This document shows positions 15,336-28,796 of a stretch of DNA of 64,000 nucleotides, piece after piece. How positions within the stretch are numbered: the stretch's first letter is position 1; the number at the start of each line of letters is the position of its first letter. The translations under genes and the position numbers were made by a program. This stretch comes from Octopus vulgaris (Eukaryota): NCBI GenBank assembly GCA_951406725.2, contig OX597821.1, positions 91,016,001 to 91,080,000 of the forward strand. Reading direction: 5' to 3'. The notes under the pieces are model-generated. The model was not told where the DNA came from and made no database searches. It saw nothing but the letters and a program-made list of their open reading frames with translations.

Positions 15336-15843
15336 AAATGCCCTGATGCAGTATCAGGCAGTGGTTCTCATCGCTTCTGATATTTACTGATTGGAAGTGT
15401 TATTATGTATATTGCTTTGTCTTGGTATAAAACATGGGCTACAGCAAATATTCTGCTCAATACCACAGATTTGCTTGCCAGTTGCTTGACCATAACCAGT
15501 TGAGTATGTCCCTTATTGGGGGACGATATGTGCATCTCTGATCACCAGCAGAAGTAGTGGGGGAGCATCATAGCCATGTGTTGAGAGGAATTCTTTGGGG
15601 TTTGGGTAATTCACCTTTCGACACATTGGTGTTTTGTTCATCATCCTTAAACAACCCTTATTCAGGGACATCTTGAGCGGATAGGCTACTCGGGATGGCC
15701 TCCCACCTGCAAGGCCATGTACTGTTCACCATGCTACGCACATATAACTGTGATGCATGTGCCTGGTGTACCCTTATTAGACGGGTAGTCATGATGGGTA
15801 TACTGGGCTTCGTATACTTTAGCATGCTCTGCTCTCTCTCACT
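15336..15843 (+). mobile_element. Unclassified interspersed repeat between (GAT)n and (TAA)n tracts
   Basis: 15450-15610 is homologous in reverse orientation to about 46060-46220; ends directly in (TAA)n. Confidence 0.65.
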
Positions 15844-15897
15844 CAATAATAATAATAATGATGATGATGATGATGATGATGATGATAAAAAAAATAA

Positions 15898-15966
<69 letters not shown>

Positions 15967-16060
15967 TAATAATAATAATAAAATAGTAGAAGTACTGCAA
16001 GTTGTTTTTCCGGCATTCTAATGATACTGCTAATTCAACAGCTTCAGTAATAACAATAAT

Positions 16061-16245
16061 AATGATTTCAAATTTTGGCACAAGGTCATATATTTCGGGG
16101 GAAGGTGTGAGTCAATTACATCGTTCCCAGTCCTCGTCTCCGAAAGGATGAAAGGTGAAGTCAGCCTCGGCGGAATTTGAACTCAGAACTTAAAGACGGA
16201 CGAAATACCACCAGGAATTTTGCCGGCGTGCTAATGATTCTGCCG
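16061..16245 (-). mobile_element. SINE family B, alternative-tail subfamily
   Basis: cgaaaggatgaaagg...cctcggcggaatttgaactcagaac core. Confidence 0.8.
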
Positions 16246-16568
16246 ATGATGACGACGACGACGACGACGATAATGATGATGGCCACTTCCGCTGATTTCG
16301 ACATATGAGTGTCTGAAGGAAAGAATTTTTAAAAATGGGATTAAAAACTTCTAGAAAGTTACATATATGTGCGATGAATACGTGAATGCATTTTGAGTGA
16401 AGGTATGGATGTTGCTATGAAATCACAATTGGGACACAGATGACGTTGATTTTACCTGAGATTGGACAAATGTTGACAGCAGGATTTAATTCTTGTATTG
16501 TTCTGTTACTTCAATTCAAATTGTTTACATGCATCATGACAAATTTTACGATCTAGGCAATAATTTTC

Positions 16569-16770
16569 CTAAGTTCTCAAAATATTCTGTAAGGATCTTA
16601 GTGATTGTTTCAATTTATCCTTATACTTAAGGATGGATCTTCGTTTACCACGGAATCCTTCTACGTTTTGGCCAGACAAAAGAATTTTCGGAATGCGATC
16701 ATCTTGCATTCCAACAACATTTCCTGCACATCTGCACTGAATTATCAACAACATACTTTCGACACTGGAG
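16569..16770 (-). pseudogene. RTE-clade LINE C-terminal fragment
   Basis: RCAGNVVGMQDDRIPKILLSG...G.R..R..LKYKDKLKQSL matches the RTE pattern RWAGHV.RM.D.RIPK.LL.G...RP..RYKD.LK..L. Confidence 0.75.
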
Positions 16771-16791
16771 TTGTAATAATCATAATGGTGA

Positions 16792-16824
<33 letters not shown>

Positions 16825-17367
16825 CGACGACGACGACGATGACTACGATAACGATGGTAATGATGATGGTGATGCTGCAGTTGATGATGATGATGATGAG
16901 GATGACGATGACGATGTTGAAGGTAAGTCATGTGTGTTGATAAGATCGCAAAACAGAAAGCCAAGCAATATCGAAAAGAAAAGCAAAGCGAAACAAACCA
17001 ATGAAAATCAACACAACAACAACAACGACATCATCATCATTATCATCATTATCAACAACAACAACAGCAAAAGATGATTGAAGACAATTCAGACAGACAG
17101 ACTCAGTTTAAGGTTTGATAGTCAAAGTCTGTTACTGATTATCTCAGAATCTGTATCTAACGAACTTAGAAAAATCACATAACATTAATAGAGTAATTAG
17201 TGGATATCTAGAGGTACTTGTTGGCATTACTAATTTATACACCAAACAACCGAAAGTGAATTATATATAAAAACTAATGAAATCAAATAAAACAAGAAAA
17301 CTAATTAAGTAAGAAACTTGTCAAGGTGAGGTGACTGTTGTATTTACAAGATCAAATAAATTAGGAA

Positions 17368-17399
17368 TACATACATACATACATACATAAACTTATAAG

Positions 17400-17468
<69 letters not shown>

Positions 17469-17493
17469 GTGTGTATATGTATGTATGTATGTG

Positions 17494-17553
<60 letters not shown>

Positions 17554-17572
17554 TATATATATAAATATATAA

Positions 17573-17652
<80 letters not shown>

Positions 17653-17682
17653 GTATGTATATGTATATGTATGTATGTATAC
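17368..17682. repeat. Compound (TA)n/(TATG)n microsatellite
   Basis: Direct repeat. Confidence 0.95.
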
Positions 17683-18014
17683 TGACAATTTTGGCGAATA
17701 GATGAAAGTATGATATAATTATCTATATTTAAAGAAACATGAAGCTGATTATAATAACGATAATAACAATAATTATAAGAGCAACAACAACAACAACAAT
17801 AATAATGATAATATTGATAATATTGATAATGATCACGATTATTATAATTATTTTTTATTGGTCACAAGGGCATGAAAGGTAGCGGGGGACAATAGAAATA
17901 TAAAATAAAATAGAAAACAAGAAAGAAAGAAAAGTGGAGGGATTTACATCGAGTAAAATTCGGGAGATCAATATTACAATGAAAGGCAATAATGAATAGA
18001 TCAAGATGTTGACG

Positions 18015-18077
<63 letters not shown>

Positions 18078-18109
18078 GTTGTTGTTATTATTTGATAACA
18101 ATAAATAAC

Positions 18110-18760
18110 AATAACCTATAATAGTAATTGCTTTGAAAAGTGATGGTTGTTACAATCTCAACATGGTTGTTCCTGCTCAGAACAATGTTGCTACTATTTT
18201 TAAACCCAGGAGGACATCTCCAACTGGTTAACGACACAATATCTGAGTTCGTTATATTGCAAACAAGGCAGCGAATAACTCTCATCCAGCGTTGACAGGA
18301 TCAGTAAATCAGCTGGTTTCAGTACTGGACACCTGTCTGCTAGACATGGCAGTCGTTTGTTCCAAGTTTTGTCCAATGCACAAAGTCGAGGTATGTTTGT
18401 GTAGTTCAGAAATTCGTGCACGGTTTCCTTGCATAGTACATCGGTGAATTGTTTACTATGGTCCAAAACAGACGTGTACATAGTGAGTGAAATATGGAGG
18501 GAAACTGTGTAGAAGCCAGTTGGAGAAACTGTTTCTGCTCTTACGTTATAGTGTTAATCCGTCCCCTACTTTAAGCATATTACCTGCTCATGGGTGGATT
18601 CATCACAGTTCACTTTGGTGTAAGGATTAAGACTTGGTCTCCGGTCTGTCAATGGTGCCGCCATTTTTACTTAGGCATAGCCATTAAAAAAGTGAGCGGG
18701 CTAATTATTAAGAAAGTGGGTTATTTGAGCATATCATCTCGTATTTCAGTAGTCAAGTGT
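18110..18760 (-). pseudogene. Possible highly degenerate Penelope-like RT fragment
   Basis: NIPRLCALDKTWNK...RCPVL resembles the PLE motif P.LY.LPK.HK...RP; ITFQSNYYYR resembles F.FN..YY.Q. Many stops and frameshifts. Confidence 0.3.
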
Positions 18761-19043
18761 TTATTGTATAAGTTCTGGGAAAATGTAACGTAAAGCTGGC
18801 ACTGTCACAAAGAAGAATTTAAAATTGAAATCTTAGGATGTATGAATCTAATATCTGTAGTCTTGCATCTCAGATCTAGTATTTCGGTACGTTCTTCTCC
18901 TGCAATTCTTTCCCGAGGTGAACCCGTTGGTTTAGCAGAAAGCTAAATTACATTTCATCTCTACTAATTCTGTTCTTAATCAGGTTTGCTATTTTGCTTT
19001 CAGTAACTGTCCAAGCCTGGTACATTAACTTGATACAACTCAA

Positions 19044-19095
<52 letters not shown>

Positions 19096-19450
19096 TCTCT
19101 TTCTCTTTCTCTCACTTGTATATTTCATTTGCCTTTGTAATATTATCAATGATTCTGATGCTCCCGTACTACCACACTGACTACACACTACGTTTTGTTC
19201 ATGCCTCACCTTGGCATTATTTTCAGCATCTTTGTGGTTCAGCTCACTTCCTTGCCTTCAAATTATTCATCCCTTCACCAAACGTATTGCTGATAGTCTG
19301 TGTTGCTTGTCTCTCTATTGAATCTACTTAGAATAGGTTCTCTCTATCGTGCATACTCCACATTTAACAGTATCTTATTCTTACACTTCTACGTCCATTT
19401 TATTTTAGCAATATGAAGGCAAGTTCACAAAAATCATTCTGCATATCGTT

Positions 19451-19467
19451 CTGAAAGAAGCCTGTCG

Positions 19468-19550
<83 letters not shown>

Positions 19551-19772
19551 TTGTGTGTGTCTGTGTTTGTCCCTCTAGCATTGCTTGACAACCGATGCTG
19601 GTGTGTGTACCTCCCCGTCACTTAGCGGTTCGGCAAAAGAGAAACCGATAGAATAAGTACTGGGCTTACAAAGAATAAGTCCCGGGGTCGATTTGCTCGA
19701 CTAAAGGCGATGCTCCAGCATGGCCGCAGTCAAATGACTGAAACAAGTAAACGAGTAAAAGAGTAAAGAGTA
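19451..19772 (+). mobile_element. SINE family A, 5'-truncated
   Basis: Begins at ctgaaagaagcc; intact tail. Confidence 0.9.
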
Positions 19773-20546
19773 TATCCTCCTAGTTAATATTTCAATTCTT
19801 TACAACTACAGGGATTTGCAACCCGGAATAACTCATACCTCAGGCCCTCACTTTGCGATGCGTGCAAATCTCTTTCTACTCCTCGCTTATTTCGCATCTT
19901 TAGATTTCACTTTATAATTTTGTTACTGATATCTTCTTTCATTCAGTTTTTAAAAACGTGTTTTCACGTATATGGTATTCTCATTGTTCCGCCACCTCAT
20001 CAGCAGGTTGGTCAGTAGCCTTCAGCAGACTATTTCGTAAGAACTTCTAGTTTGGCTCCATACTCTATTTCCTTCATGTCATTAGTATCAACTAGAACTT
20101 CTCTGAATCAACAATTGACTGACATCTCTTTTTACTTCCCTGTCATCAGTTTCCAGTTTGCCTTTTGTTTTTCAATACTCGCAAACTCAGTCATTAATCA
20201 TTAAGCAATGTTTGTTGTACATTCTTCACCAGTGAAAGACATCATTCACTAAATATTCATCACATATTCTGGAAATGTATGAGTGTGTGTATGTTTGTGT
20301 ACCTGTGTATGCGTATTTGTGTGTGTGCATGCCTATTTATGTATGTATATATCTGTAGGGTTAGGTATGTAACCAGTCACCGCTACATAATATTGGATTC
20401 AAGAAAACAATCGGCGAAAATTAATAACTATTTATTAATATTAAAGTTTTATGACAAACGTTACTGTCAATACTTACACTAACGTTTTTCCTTTTTATTA
20501 ACACGTTTTACACACATATTCATGTATTTATTAAGTCAACGACCTC

Positions 20547-20705
20547 CAGGAGTGGCTGTGTAGTAAGTAGCTTGTTTACCAACCACATAGTTCCGGGTTC
20601 AGTCCCACTGCGTGACATCTTGGGCAAGTGTATTCTGCTATAGCCCCGGGCCGACCAATGCCTTGTGAGTGGATTTGTTAGACGGAAACTGAAAGAAGCC
20701 TGTCG

Positions 20706-20738
<33 letters not shown>

Positions 20739-20966
20739 ATGTATGTGCGTGTGTGTTTGTGTGTCTGTGTTTGTCCCCCTAGCATTGCTTGACAACCGAT
20801 GCTGGTGTGTTTACGTCCCCGTCACTTAGCGGTTCAGCAAAAGAAGACCGATAGAATAAGTACTGGGCTTACAAAGAATAAGTCCCGGGGTCGATTTGCT
20901 CGACTAAAGGCGGTGCTCCAGTATGGCCGCAGTCAAATGACTGAAACAAGTAAAAGAGTAAAGAGT
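20547..20966 (+). mobile_element. SINE family A flanked by a 78-bp direct duplication
   Basis: 20469-20546 matches 20967-21044 with 3 mismatches. Confidence 0.92.
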
Positions 20967-21613
20967 AATACTCACACTAACGTTTTTCCTTTTTATTAAC
21001 ACGTTTTACACACATATTCATATTTTTATTAAGTCAACGACCTCGTATTCCACATATTTTTCTTCTAATTATCAGTTTAACGCTTCAATATTTACTTCCC
21101 CATATTAAATTTTGTTTACACTTAAGTCAGTTTTCTTCTTCTTCATTTTCTTTTTCATTTGCTTCTTCTTCCCCCCCTCCTCCTCCACCTCCTCTCATTG
21201 TTTGTGTTCTCTGCATCTTTTTTTACGTCTCATTCGTTGATCCACGCTATTCGGTTTCATCTCTTCTTTTACACTCTATTTCTCTATGCACATATATTTT
21301 TCAAATAAAATTCGTCGAAAGTGAATTTTTGCGATGGAAACAACGCATCTAAAGAAATAATTCTCTCTACTCCCCACTTTTCTGTTTCTTTGCATTCTAG
21401 CTCTTTCCCTCACATTCCTCTTCTCTATGTTTGAGCACTTCCCCCAAATTATCAAAGCGTTTTATTCTTGACTATGAAGTTTCGCACATGCCTCTATTTT
21501 GCACTAGCTTCATCAGATCGTTTGAACGAAATGTACTGCGATTTGTATATATGTGTGTAGATGTGTGTGTTAGTATGTATAACGAAAAAAATTTCCCTTA
21601 TATATGTATATAT

Positions 21614-21797
21614 TGATAGAAATGGTAAGACAACAAAAGAATGAAAGAGACCTCGATATTATATAAATAGAGGAATTTATCTGTAAATATATGTGATAAT
21701 TATTCGGTAGCCATGATAAAACTCCGAGTACCGGATGTCGGGGCGGAAACCCACGCCGCCATTTCTTCAGTTATTCGGCCACTCATTCATTTTGTAC
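21614..21797 (-). mobile_element. Short TA-flanked element with a degenerate hammerhead (21716-21774)
   Basis: Minus strand AUAA-CUGAAGA-(GGCGG..CCGCC hairpin)-ggu-ACUC G GAGU-U/UUAU; the conserved GAA is mutated. Confidence 0.45.
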
Positions 21798-21807
21798 TAT
21801 ATATATG

Positions 21808-21853
<46 letters not shown>

Positions 21854-21868
21854 GCGGTGCACACACAC

Positions 21869-21942
<74 letters not shown>

Positions 21943-21996
21943 AATGTGACGGCGTGTGTATCGTTGTTGATTTTTGGGGATTTTTCCTTTTCCTAT

Positions 21997-22031
21997 GTTT
22001 CTGACGAAGAGCTCCGCTCGAAACGTTAAAT
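21997..22031 (+). ncRNA. Minimal hammerhead motif in a TA-flanked element (about 21940-22135)
   Basis: GUUU-CUGACGA-a-GAGC ucc GCUC-GAA-ACGU-U/AAAU; loopless palindromic stem III. Confidence 0.6.
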
Positions 22032-22135
22032 CCTCCTTCTTTCTTTCCTTTCTTGAGCGTCCAATAACACTATGCTTGTTCCACGTCCTCGCGTTGTTGT
22101 GTCTTCTTTTTGTGTTTTCATGTTTGTATTAACTT

Positions 22136-22230
<95 letters not shown>

Positions 22231-22880
22231 GTAAATATATGTATGTGTATGTATGATTGTATACATATATGTAGATAGTTAGATAGAAAGAGGGACAGAC
22301 AGTTAGATAAGATAGATATTTTTAGCAATGACCAACATGTAATTACTGTTCGCTGTATCTCTTACTTTACATTTTTTTATCAATTTTCTATCATCATACT
22401 CTATCTCATCTGCCGTTCTCCCTTGTTCTTTCTATAATCATTCACCTTTTCAGTCAAATCGTTTAAACGAAAGAGGCACAACACAGGGCAGAGGTGAGCA
22501 ACTTTAATGTTTCCTAGATATAGCGTCATGGTAACAGTGTTATAATAAAACAAACTGGTTACTGTTCGTGAATTGGCTGTAGGGTAACCACTTTACGCTG
22601 ACCGAGAATAGAGAAAAAAATATTTATAATGTGAGGGACAAATGAACTCTCAAGTGCTACGGCTATGGTTAGTAGACTCTATAAAGTAGTTGGGTTGACT
22701 TTAAGGAGAATATCTATTTGCAGAAACTCTACAAAAATATTAAAGGAATCTAAGAAACTATATCCTTGAGCTGTTTAAGTGAGAAGTAACTCCAAAGGAA
22801 AATCCACTTGCAACGTGACAACCTATCAAATCCATGCCAAACTCCAGCATGTAAAAAGGAGGCAAAATGATACTGAGGAT

Positions 22881-22927
<47 letters not shown>

Positions 22928-23051
22928 GCAGGCATTCCCTGCATCAAGGAATCTTTGTTTAGCGAATTCCAAACCAATGATAATTTTAAGGATTTCAGAA
23001 TATGACCTGAAATTCCACCCTTTTAACAATTTCAAATATCAAAATCATTTT

Positions 23052-23160
<109 letters not shown>

Positions 23161-23534
23161 CATGAAAATTATTCTCTTAAATATAAATTATATATTCGGT
23201 ATGACGTTTAATTACTTCTTTTTACTGCGCTTGTCATGTTTTTGTCTCCATTCTATAATTATTTTTACTGTTTACAGCATATTAAGTAAGTTTCTCTTGA
23301 TTTATTTACATTCCCTTTCAAGCTTTCTTTTTATCTCATATAGCTCTCAATAATTTTTGTATGTTTTTCGCTACACGTTGCTTTTCATTGCATTTATCAT
23401 TCGTGCAAACAACTGTTCTCTTTTTCTCTCTCCCTTACTTTATCTTAGCATGCACCAATTCAAATGAACTTTTATCCATTATTCTCAACATTTTCAGACT
23501 GATTTTTGGAACAAACTTTATTCATACAGTACTT

Positions 23535-23748
23535 TCTCTCGCTCTTTCTTCCTGTTTCTCTTGTACCTGTATTTCAAAGGGCTCGCCTTGTCACATTCTG
23601 TGTGTCACGCTGAATCTCCTCGAGAACTACGTTAAGGGTACACGTGTCTGTGGAGTGCTCAGCCACTTGCACGTTAATATCACGAGCAAGCTGTTCCGTT
23701 GATCGTATCAGCTGGGACCCTCATCGTCGCAACCGACGGAGTGCTCCT
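23535..23748 (+). mobile_element. SINE family D, 3' half
   Basis: Reverse-complement homology to 29862-30075. Confidence 0.85.
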
Positions 23749-24289
23749 ATACTTCAACAACACTCATCCTCTTTTCACTTTCTTATTTCCATTTTTCCAT
23801 CCAAAATATTAAGAACACAACTTTTGCCAACGCATATCATCAATATTTTCATCAGAATTTGTTGCGTGGCGTGATTTTCTAGTGTCTCCTTCAAGACAAT
23901 TAGAATGATACCATCAAGTGGAACTGAAGTTTAAGGTACGAAAAAGATTGGTAAAGAGGTTACGTTCATAGTTAAATTCAATCTTTTACAATGTTTTCTG
24001 CTGGAGAAAATTCTATACCGCAAAACTATTAAAACTTGCAGCATCTACTGTGTGAAAGTTATGCGACAATAAATATAAACTTCGCTCAGGTGCTCAAGCA
24101 GTTCCTCCGTTAATGTTCAGACAATGGCTGTTTTTTTCAATAAGTATGATGTGATTCTCAATATAGAATACCTCCTCTGTGTGTTGGAACTGGATGCATT
24201 TTGTCGATAAACACAACGGTCATTCAAGCGAAAGTTAAAATTTAGTAAAGCAAAGGAATGTGTAACTTCTGATGTAAAACATTTTCGGA

Positions 24290-24645
24290 CTAGTTAAAGA
24301 TTGTTTGAAGCAATTATAAGGAACCTTATATTACATGACATTAAAATAACTGGTAACGCTGCCAGCACTGATACAGAGGCTGCTATTAATTGTGTCGAGG
24401 AACTGAAGTAAACCAATGCTTAACGAAGTTACTCATCAGAATAAGTTCTTAGCCTTGATGAAATTTTGTGTTTTGGGACGTATATATCAATAAGGTCTAT
24501 ATATATATTAGAATGGATAAATCTGCACCAGGCTTAACATTCAACAAAATCCGTTTGTTGCATCACGGAGAAAATACTGCAGGTGAAATGAAACTAAAAC
24601 TTCCGCTTGTGTATTGTTCCCAAAATCTAAGGGCGTTTAAAGGCC
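24290..24645 (+). pseudogene. Tigger/pogo-type transposase relic
   Basis: LHDIKITGNAASTDTEAA...LDE then APG...GENTAGEMKLKLPLVYCSQNLRAFKG, matching the Tigger pattern GEAASAD.EAA...NAAGDFKLKP..IY.S.NPRA.K. Contains stops. Confidence 0.8.
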
Positions 24646-24647
24646 CT

Positions 24648-24907
24648 TACTCTTTACTCTACTCTTTTACTCTTTTACTTGTTTCAGCCATTTGACTGTG
24701 GCCATGCTGGAGCACCGCCTTTAGTCGAGAAACTCGACCCCAGGAATTATTCTTTGGAAGCCTAGTACTTATTCTATCGGTCTCTTTTACTGAACCGCTA
24801 AGTTACGGGGACGTAAACACACCAGCATCGGTTGTCAAGCGATGTTGGAAGGGGACAAATACAGACAAACAAACATATGCACACATACACACACACACAC
24901 ACGCACG

Positions 24908-24938
<31 letters not shown>

Positions 24939-25491
24939 CTCTATATAAACGGCAGTTTGTCTGTGCGTGTTTCTGTGTGTCTGTTTGCTTGTACCCTCAC
25001 CCTGACCACGGCTTTCAACCGATTCTGATGAAACTTGACACACACCTAGCCCAATGTCATAATTCAAAACTAACGCAGCGAAAATTTTGAAAAGTTCCCC
25101 CAGTTCTGAAAAAAATCGATAAATTCGAAATGGGATCGAGAATCAGAAACACAAACCGCAAACTGTCTAGGGGACGCAACTCCACCTTTTTTAACTAAAA
25201 AAAAAATTTACCATCATTTTTTTCCATTTTTTTGCTATTTTTTGGCTATAACTCTCTAAAAATGCTTTATAGTTATTTCCCTTACAAACCTGAGCAACGC
25301 CGGGCGATACTGCTAGTATACATATATACGACGGGCTTTTTTCAGTTTCCGTGTACCAAATCTACTCACAAGGCTTTGGTCGGCCCGAGGCTATAGTAGA
25401 AAACACTTGCCCAAGGTGCCACGCAGTGGAACTGAACCCGGAACCAGGTGGTTCGTAAGCAAGCTACTTACAACACAGCCGCTCCTACGCC
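24648..25491 (-). mobile_element. SINE family A interrupted by a Helitron
   Basis: Tail part 24648-24937, head part 25317-25491. Confidence 0.9.
24938..25316 (+). mobile_element. Non-autonomous Helitron
   Basis: 5' TC, 3' CTAG preceded by hairpin cctgagcaacgccggg; inserted between A and T with no TSD. 3' end shared with 30546-30939. Confidence 0.85.
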
Positions 25492-26084
25492 TATGCTAAG
25501 TTTAATTACTTCATTTATTTGCTAATAAATTTATATATGTGAAATACTAAATCCAAAATACAGAACACATGCTTGACGCATTCCCCCTGCGCTTTTTTTT
25601 ATAATCATAATAAGCGTCACTATTTTATTTCTATAATGCACTTCAATATCGAATCAACTAAAATTAATACGCTCTGCTTTCAGATGAGATTTAACCAACT
25701 TAGATATGTCCATTGCTTACACAAGATGACTTTACAGACAAGATCCACTCCTGATTACACTATCTCAATTAACAATGATAATTTCATTAAATGAAAGATT
25801 TTTCTTTACTATATGCGTGTGTAAAAGCGCTAGTATATATGTTTAATGAAAAGGGGTTACATGATTTATGATAACATATTCAATTATAAATGTGTAAAAT
25901 AAGGATATAAGGCAGAAACGTTATGTGGTATACGAAGACATGTGAAAAGTATTGATAAAACAATACACAGGTTATCATTTATGTAAATACGTATGGAAGG
26001 CGTACATAAAAGGCAAACAGTCCTAAACTTGTAAACATACATGAACAATAGTCGCACAAACAAAGAAATCAGTAAAATGGTTTC

Positions 26085-26228
26085 ATATTTTGGTACGAGG
26101 CCAGCAGTTTCGGATAGAGATTAAGTGGACTCCAAAAGGATGAAAGGCTAAGTCGACCTCGGCGAAACTTGAACTCAGAACGTAAAAACGGACGAAGTGC
26201 CGCTAAGCATTTTGCCAGGCGTGCTAGT
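26085..26228 (-). mobile_element. SINE family B fragment, alternative-tail subfamily
   Basis: aaaggatgaaaggc...gtcgacctcggcg core. Confidence 0.75.
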
Positions 26229-26345
26229 GGTATTATTTCAATGGTTATCACACTCAGTGACATTGCTGGTGCAATAGCAATTTCATTATCACTGTTACGC
26301 ACTTAATAATTAAAATCTATTTAAGAATGTCCCTACATTTAAGAA

Positions 26346-26712
26346 TGTTCCGGGTTCAGTCCCACTGCGTGGCATCTTAGGCAAGTGTCTTCTGCTATAG
26401 CCCCGGGCCGACCAAAGCCTTGTGAGTGGATTTGGTAGACGGAAACTGAAAGAAGCCTGTCGTATATATGTATATATATGTGTGTGTGTGTATATGTTTG
26501 TGTGTCTGTATTTGTCCCTCTAGCATTGCTTGACAACCGATGCTGGTGTGTTTACGTCCCCGTCACTTAGCGGTTCGGCAAAAGAGACCGATAGAATAAG
26601 TACTGGGCTTACAAAGAATAAGTCTCGGGGTCGATTTGCTCGACTAAAGGCGGTGCTCCAGCATGGCCGCAGTCAAATGACTGAAACAAGTAAAAGAGTA
26701 AAAGAGAGAGTA
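26346..26712 (+). mobile_element. SINE family A, slightly 5'-truncated
   Basis: Begins at the B-box region. Confidence 0.9.
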
Positions 26713-27666
26713 CTCAGAGTTTCTTCCTATGAGTAAAACTTCAGTAAAGACAAAGTTGAAAGTTTTTCATCATTTTGGATTGTGCATGTCAAGAAAAACC
26801 ATGCACAGTGGTAAAAGTTATCCTTCGTTTTCAACAAAGAAAATATCTCCTCTGTGCGTTGACTACTTTTGTTCCTGCATGATTACCCAATATTATATAA
26901 CGATACATGTTTTGTATGTGTGTGTGTGTATCAGTATGTAAGTAAATGTGTGAATATATATATAGAATTATATACACGCATGATTATATATATAAATTAT
27001 ATATGTGCACGCATATATATGTATATAACATAAAAACTGTATTATAGTCACGACATTGCAAAGCAAGACAAGTACATAAGCATAATGGTGTATGACTGCG
27101 TATTCCATTATTCCAGTCCTGTTACTTATTTCTTATATTGTATGGTTCAAAGCGCTAATAAATTTGCTATGCTTTTGTAATCTTTTACACTATCAAATTC
27201 TGTCCATTACTCCTAGTTTTGTTGTACCTACGTTTCTCTCGTTCTTTTTTCTCTCTTTTTCTCTGTCTCTCCCTACTTCTCTCTCTCTCTCTCTCTCTCT
27301 TTCTTAACACTCTCTTTCCCACTTTCAAGCACGATATGAGCCTCTGATCCTTCTCTTTCATTTGCTACTTTATTCTGTTTTCCTAAAAAAGACACAACTG
27401 AACCCAACTTCACATGCATACACAAACACACGCATAAGAACCCAACTACACACGCACATAGACGCACATATACACATACATACATACATTCATCACATGA
27501 TCGCTTATATTCTTTGTATATATTTCTTTTCTCTATCATCTCCAGCAAACTTCTTATTCTTGTCAATTCGGTTTTCTTTCTTTGAAGCAAGAAACGTAGC
27601 GCCTTTAGCAGATTCAGCTCTTAAGTCCACCAACATCTGTACAGCTTCTTTTTATATGTACATATG

Positions 27667-27706
<40 letters not shown>

Positions 27707-27726
27707 TACATACATACCTATATATA

Positions 27727-27785
<59 letters not shown>

Positions 27786-28249
27786 TACATATACATATAT
27801 ATGCATATACATACCTACATGTATATATCTACATACATATCTGTGTTTGTGTTTGTGTGTGCGTGCGAGTGTGTGTGTGTGTGTGTAGATACTAAAATAT
27901 ATACAATGGATGTACACATACATATATATATATATAAATCATTCAAGCAAGAAGAGTCAGTGTACATGACATTTGCTGGCCTTCTAATGCTGGTTAGATA
28001 TATGCAGCTGATGGCCAACATGACATCTTCAGGTCACTGTCTGCAAGAATATTTACACAGTGAAATATATGAAATATAATGATGTCAAGGCAAAAGTTGT
28101 CCAACCTACAGCGCTGGTTCTCAGCCGATAGATCACATCCCAAATTATGTCAAAGTATAATGCATAATACGTAGCAAAGACACAAACCCTTTTATTACTG
28201 ACACATTTAATAAAAGGAACATTTTCCGTTAATACTTTATACAATAAAA

Positions 28250-28781
28250 GCAGGAATGGCTTTGTGTCTAAGAAATTTGCTTTGAAACTACGCAGCACTG
28301 GGTTCGGTATCTTGGCATGGAAACGTATCAAGTGTCTCTTGTTATAGCTCCAAGTCTTTGCTATACAATCAATGCTTTGTCAAGGAATTTGGTAGACGGA
28401 AACTGTGTTATATGCATAGGCGCAGGCGTGGCTGTGTGGTAAGAAATTTGCTTCCCGACCACATGGTTCCGTGTTCAGTCCCACTGCATGACACCTTGGC
28501 CAAGCGTCTTTTACTGTAGCCTCGGGTCGACCAAAGCCTTGTGAGTTGATTTTGTAAACGGAAACTGAAGGAAACCTGTTGTTTATATATATATGTGTGT
28601 GTTTATCCACCACCACCATTGCATGACAACCGATGTTGATGTGTTCATGTCCCAGTAGCGTTTCAGCAATAAGGACTGATAGAGTAAATACTAGGCTTAC
28701 TATGAATAAGTACTCGGGTTGATTTAAGACGGTGCTATATCACGGCAGCAGTGAAATGACAGAAACGATTAAAAAAAGAAT
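28250..28781 (+). mobile_element. Old diverged SINE A copies (head fragment about 28250-28410; copy 28419-28781)
   Basis: Diverged homology to family A. Confidence 0.8.
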
Positions 28782-28796
28782 ACATATATACACGCA

